Shown here one piece after another: positions 63,659 through 64,000 of a stretch of DNA of 64,000 nt. Both the position numbers and the translations under genes were made by a program. The stretch is from Amphiscolops sp. MND2022 (taxonomy: Eukaryota), in NCBI GenBank assembly GCA_964187785.1, contig OZ076409.1, positions 41,852,001-41,916,000 of the forward strand. Direction: 5' to 3'. The first letter of the stretch is position 1; every line of letters starts with the position of its first letter. Below the pieces are notes generated by a model. It was given only the letters and a program-made list of their open reading frames with translations. It was not told where the DNA came from and ran no database searches.

Positions 63659-63830
63659 ATTTTGTTAATTTTTAGCTGTGAAAAATGACTAATTTTTAGA
63701 TGGTTTGCCTTGGTTATTTTTTAACAGTTAGTTGTGAAAAAAACGTTGATTTTTTTTAAAAAAATAATAATTAACAATTTTTAAAAAAATATATATTTGA
63801 CTGGCCCGAATCGGGAGTTCGTATACTACT
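63659..63830 (-). repeat. Polinton right TIR
   Basis: Inverted match to 49483-49651. Confidence 0.95.
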
Positions 63831-64000
63831 CACAGCACCTTGAGGAGTCTGCATTCCTTCATAATTGCTTTTCCATTTAGGCTTCAAGCAAACTACGAAT
63901 TCATGTCGAACCTGGATAAAGATCGCTAAAGCCATTTAAAAGCGCATTCAAAGAAACAATTAACAAATTTTCATCCAAAAACCACATCTGAAAATTTTGA

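Larger units (their letters stand above)
49483..63830. mobile_element. Polinton/Maverick (adintovirus-like endogenous virus), full length, decayed
   Basis: Termini AGTAGTATACGAA... / ...TTCGTATACTACT; ~170-bp TIRs; 6-bp TSD CACAGC (49477-49482, 63831-63836); PRO, mCP, ATPase, INT, MCP and pPolB genes. Confidence 0.98.

Overview
AT-rich eukaryotic (probably invertebrate animal) genomic window made almost entirely of mobile DNA; no intact host gene is recognisable. Main components: (1) a full-length 14.35 kb Polinton/Maverick (adintovirus-like endogenous dsDNA virus) at 49483-63830 with ~170 bp AGTAGT-terminated TIRs and a 6-bp TSD (CACAGC), encoding an adenain protease, minor and major capsid proteins, rve integrase, a pPolB carrying zinc-finger, OTU-like and EndoVII/HNH domains and, unusually, two tandem A32/FtsK-type ATPase genes (one with a Cys-rich N-terminus, one with an N-terminal hydrophobic anchor). 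Nine of its 12 gene starts sit in a TAAATG context and most genes carry disabling lesions. (2) A complete Ty3/Gypsy (Mag-like) LTR retrotransposon at 19217-25191 with 213/215-identical LTRs, a WLDD RT site and a long insert between RNase H and integrase. (3) Two decayed BEL/Pao elements, one with a 2.6 kb internal tandem duplication and a shared-LTR arrangement. (4) Several non-autonomous DNA elements (CCC...GGG CACTA-like MITEs, a hAT MITE, Helentron-like elements carrying tRNA 3' fragments), tandem repeats and a perfect 84-bp palindrome. All calls come from manual reading; no database search was run.
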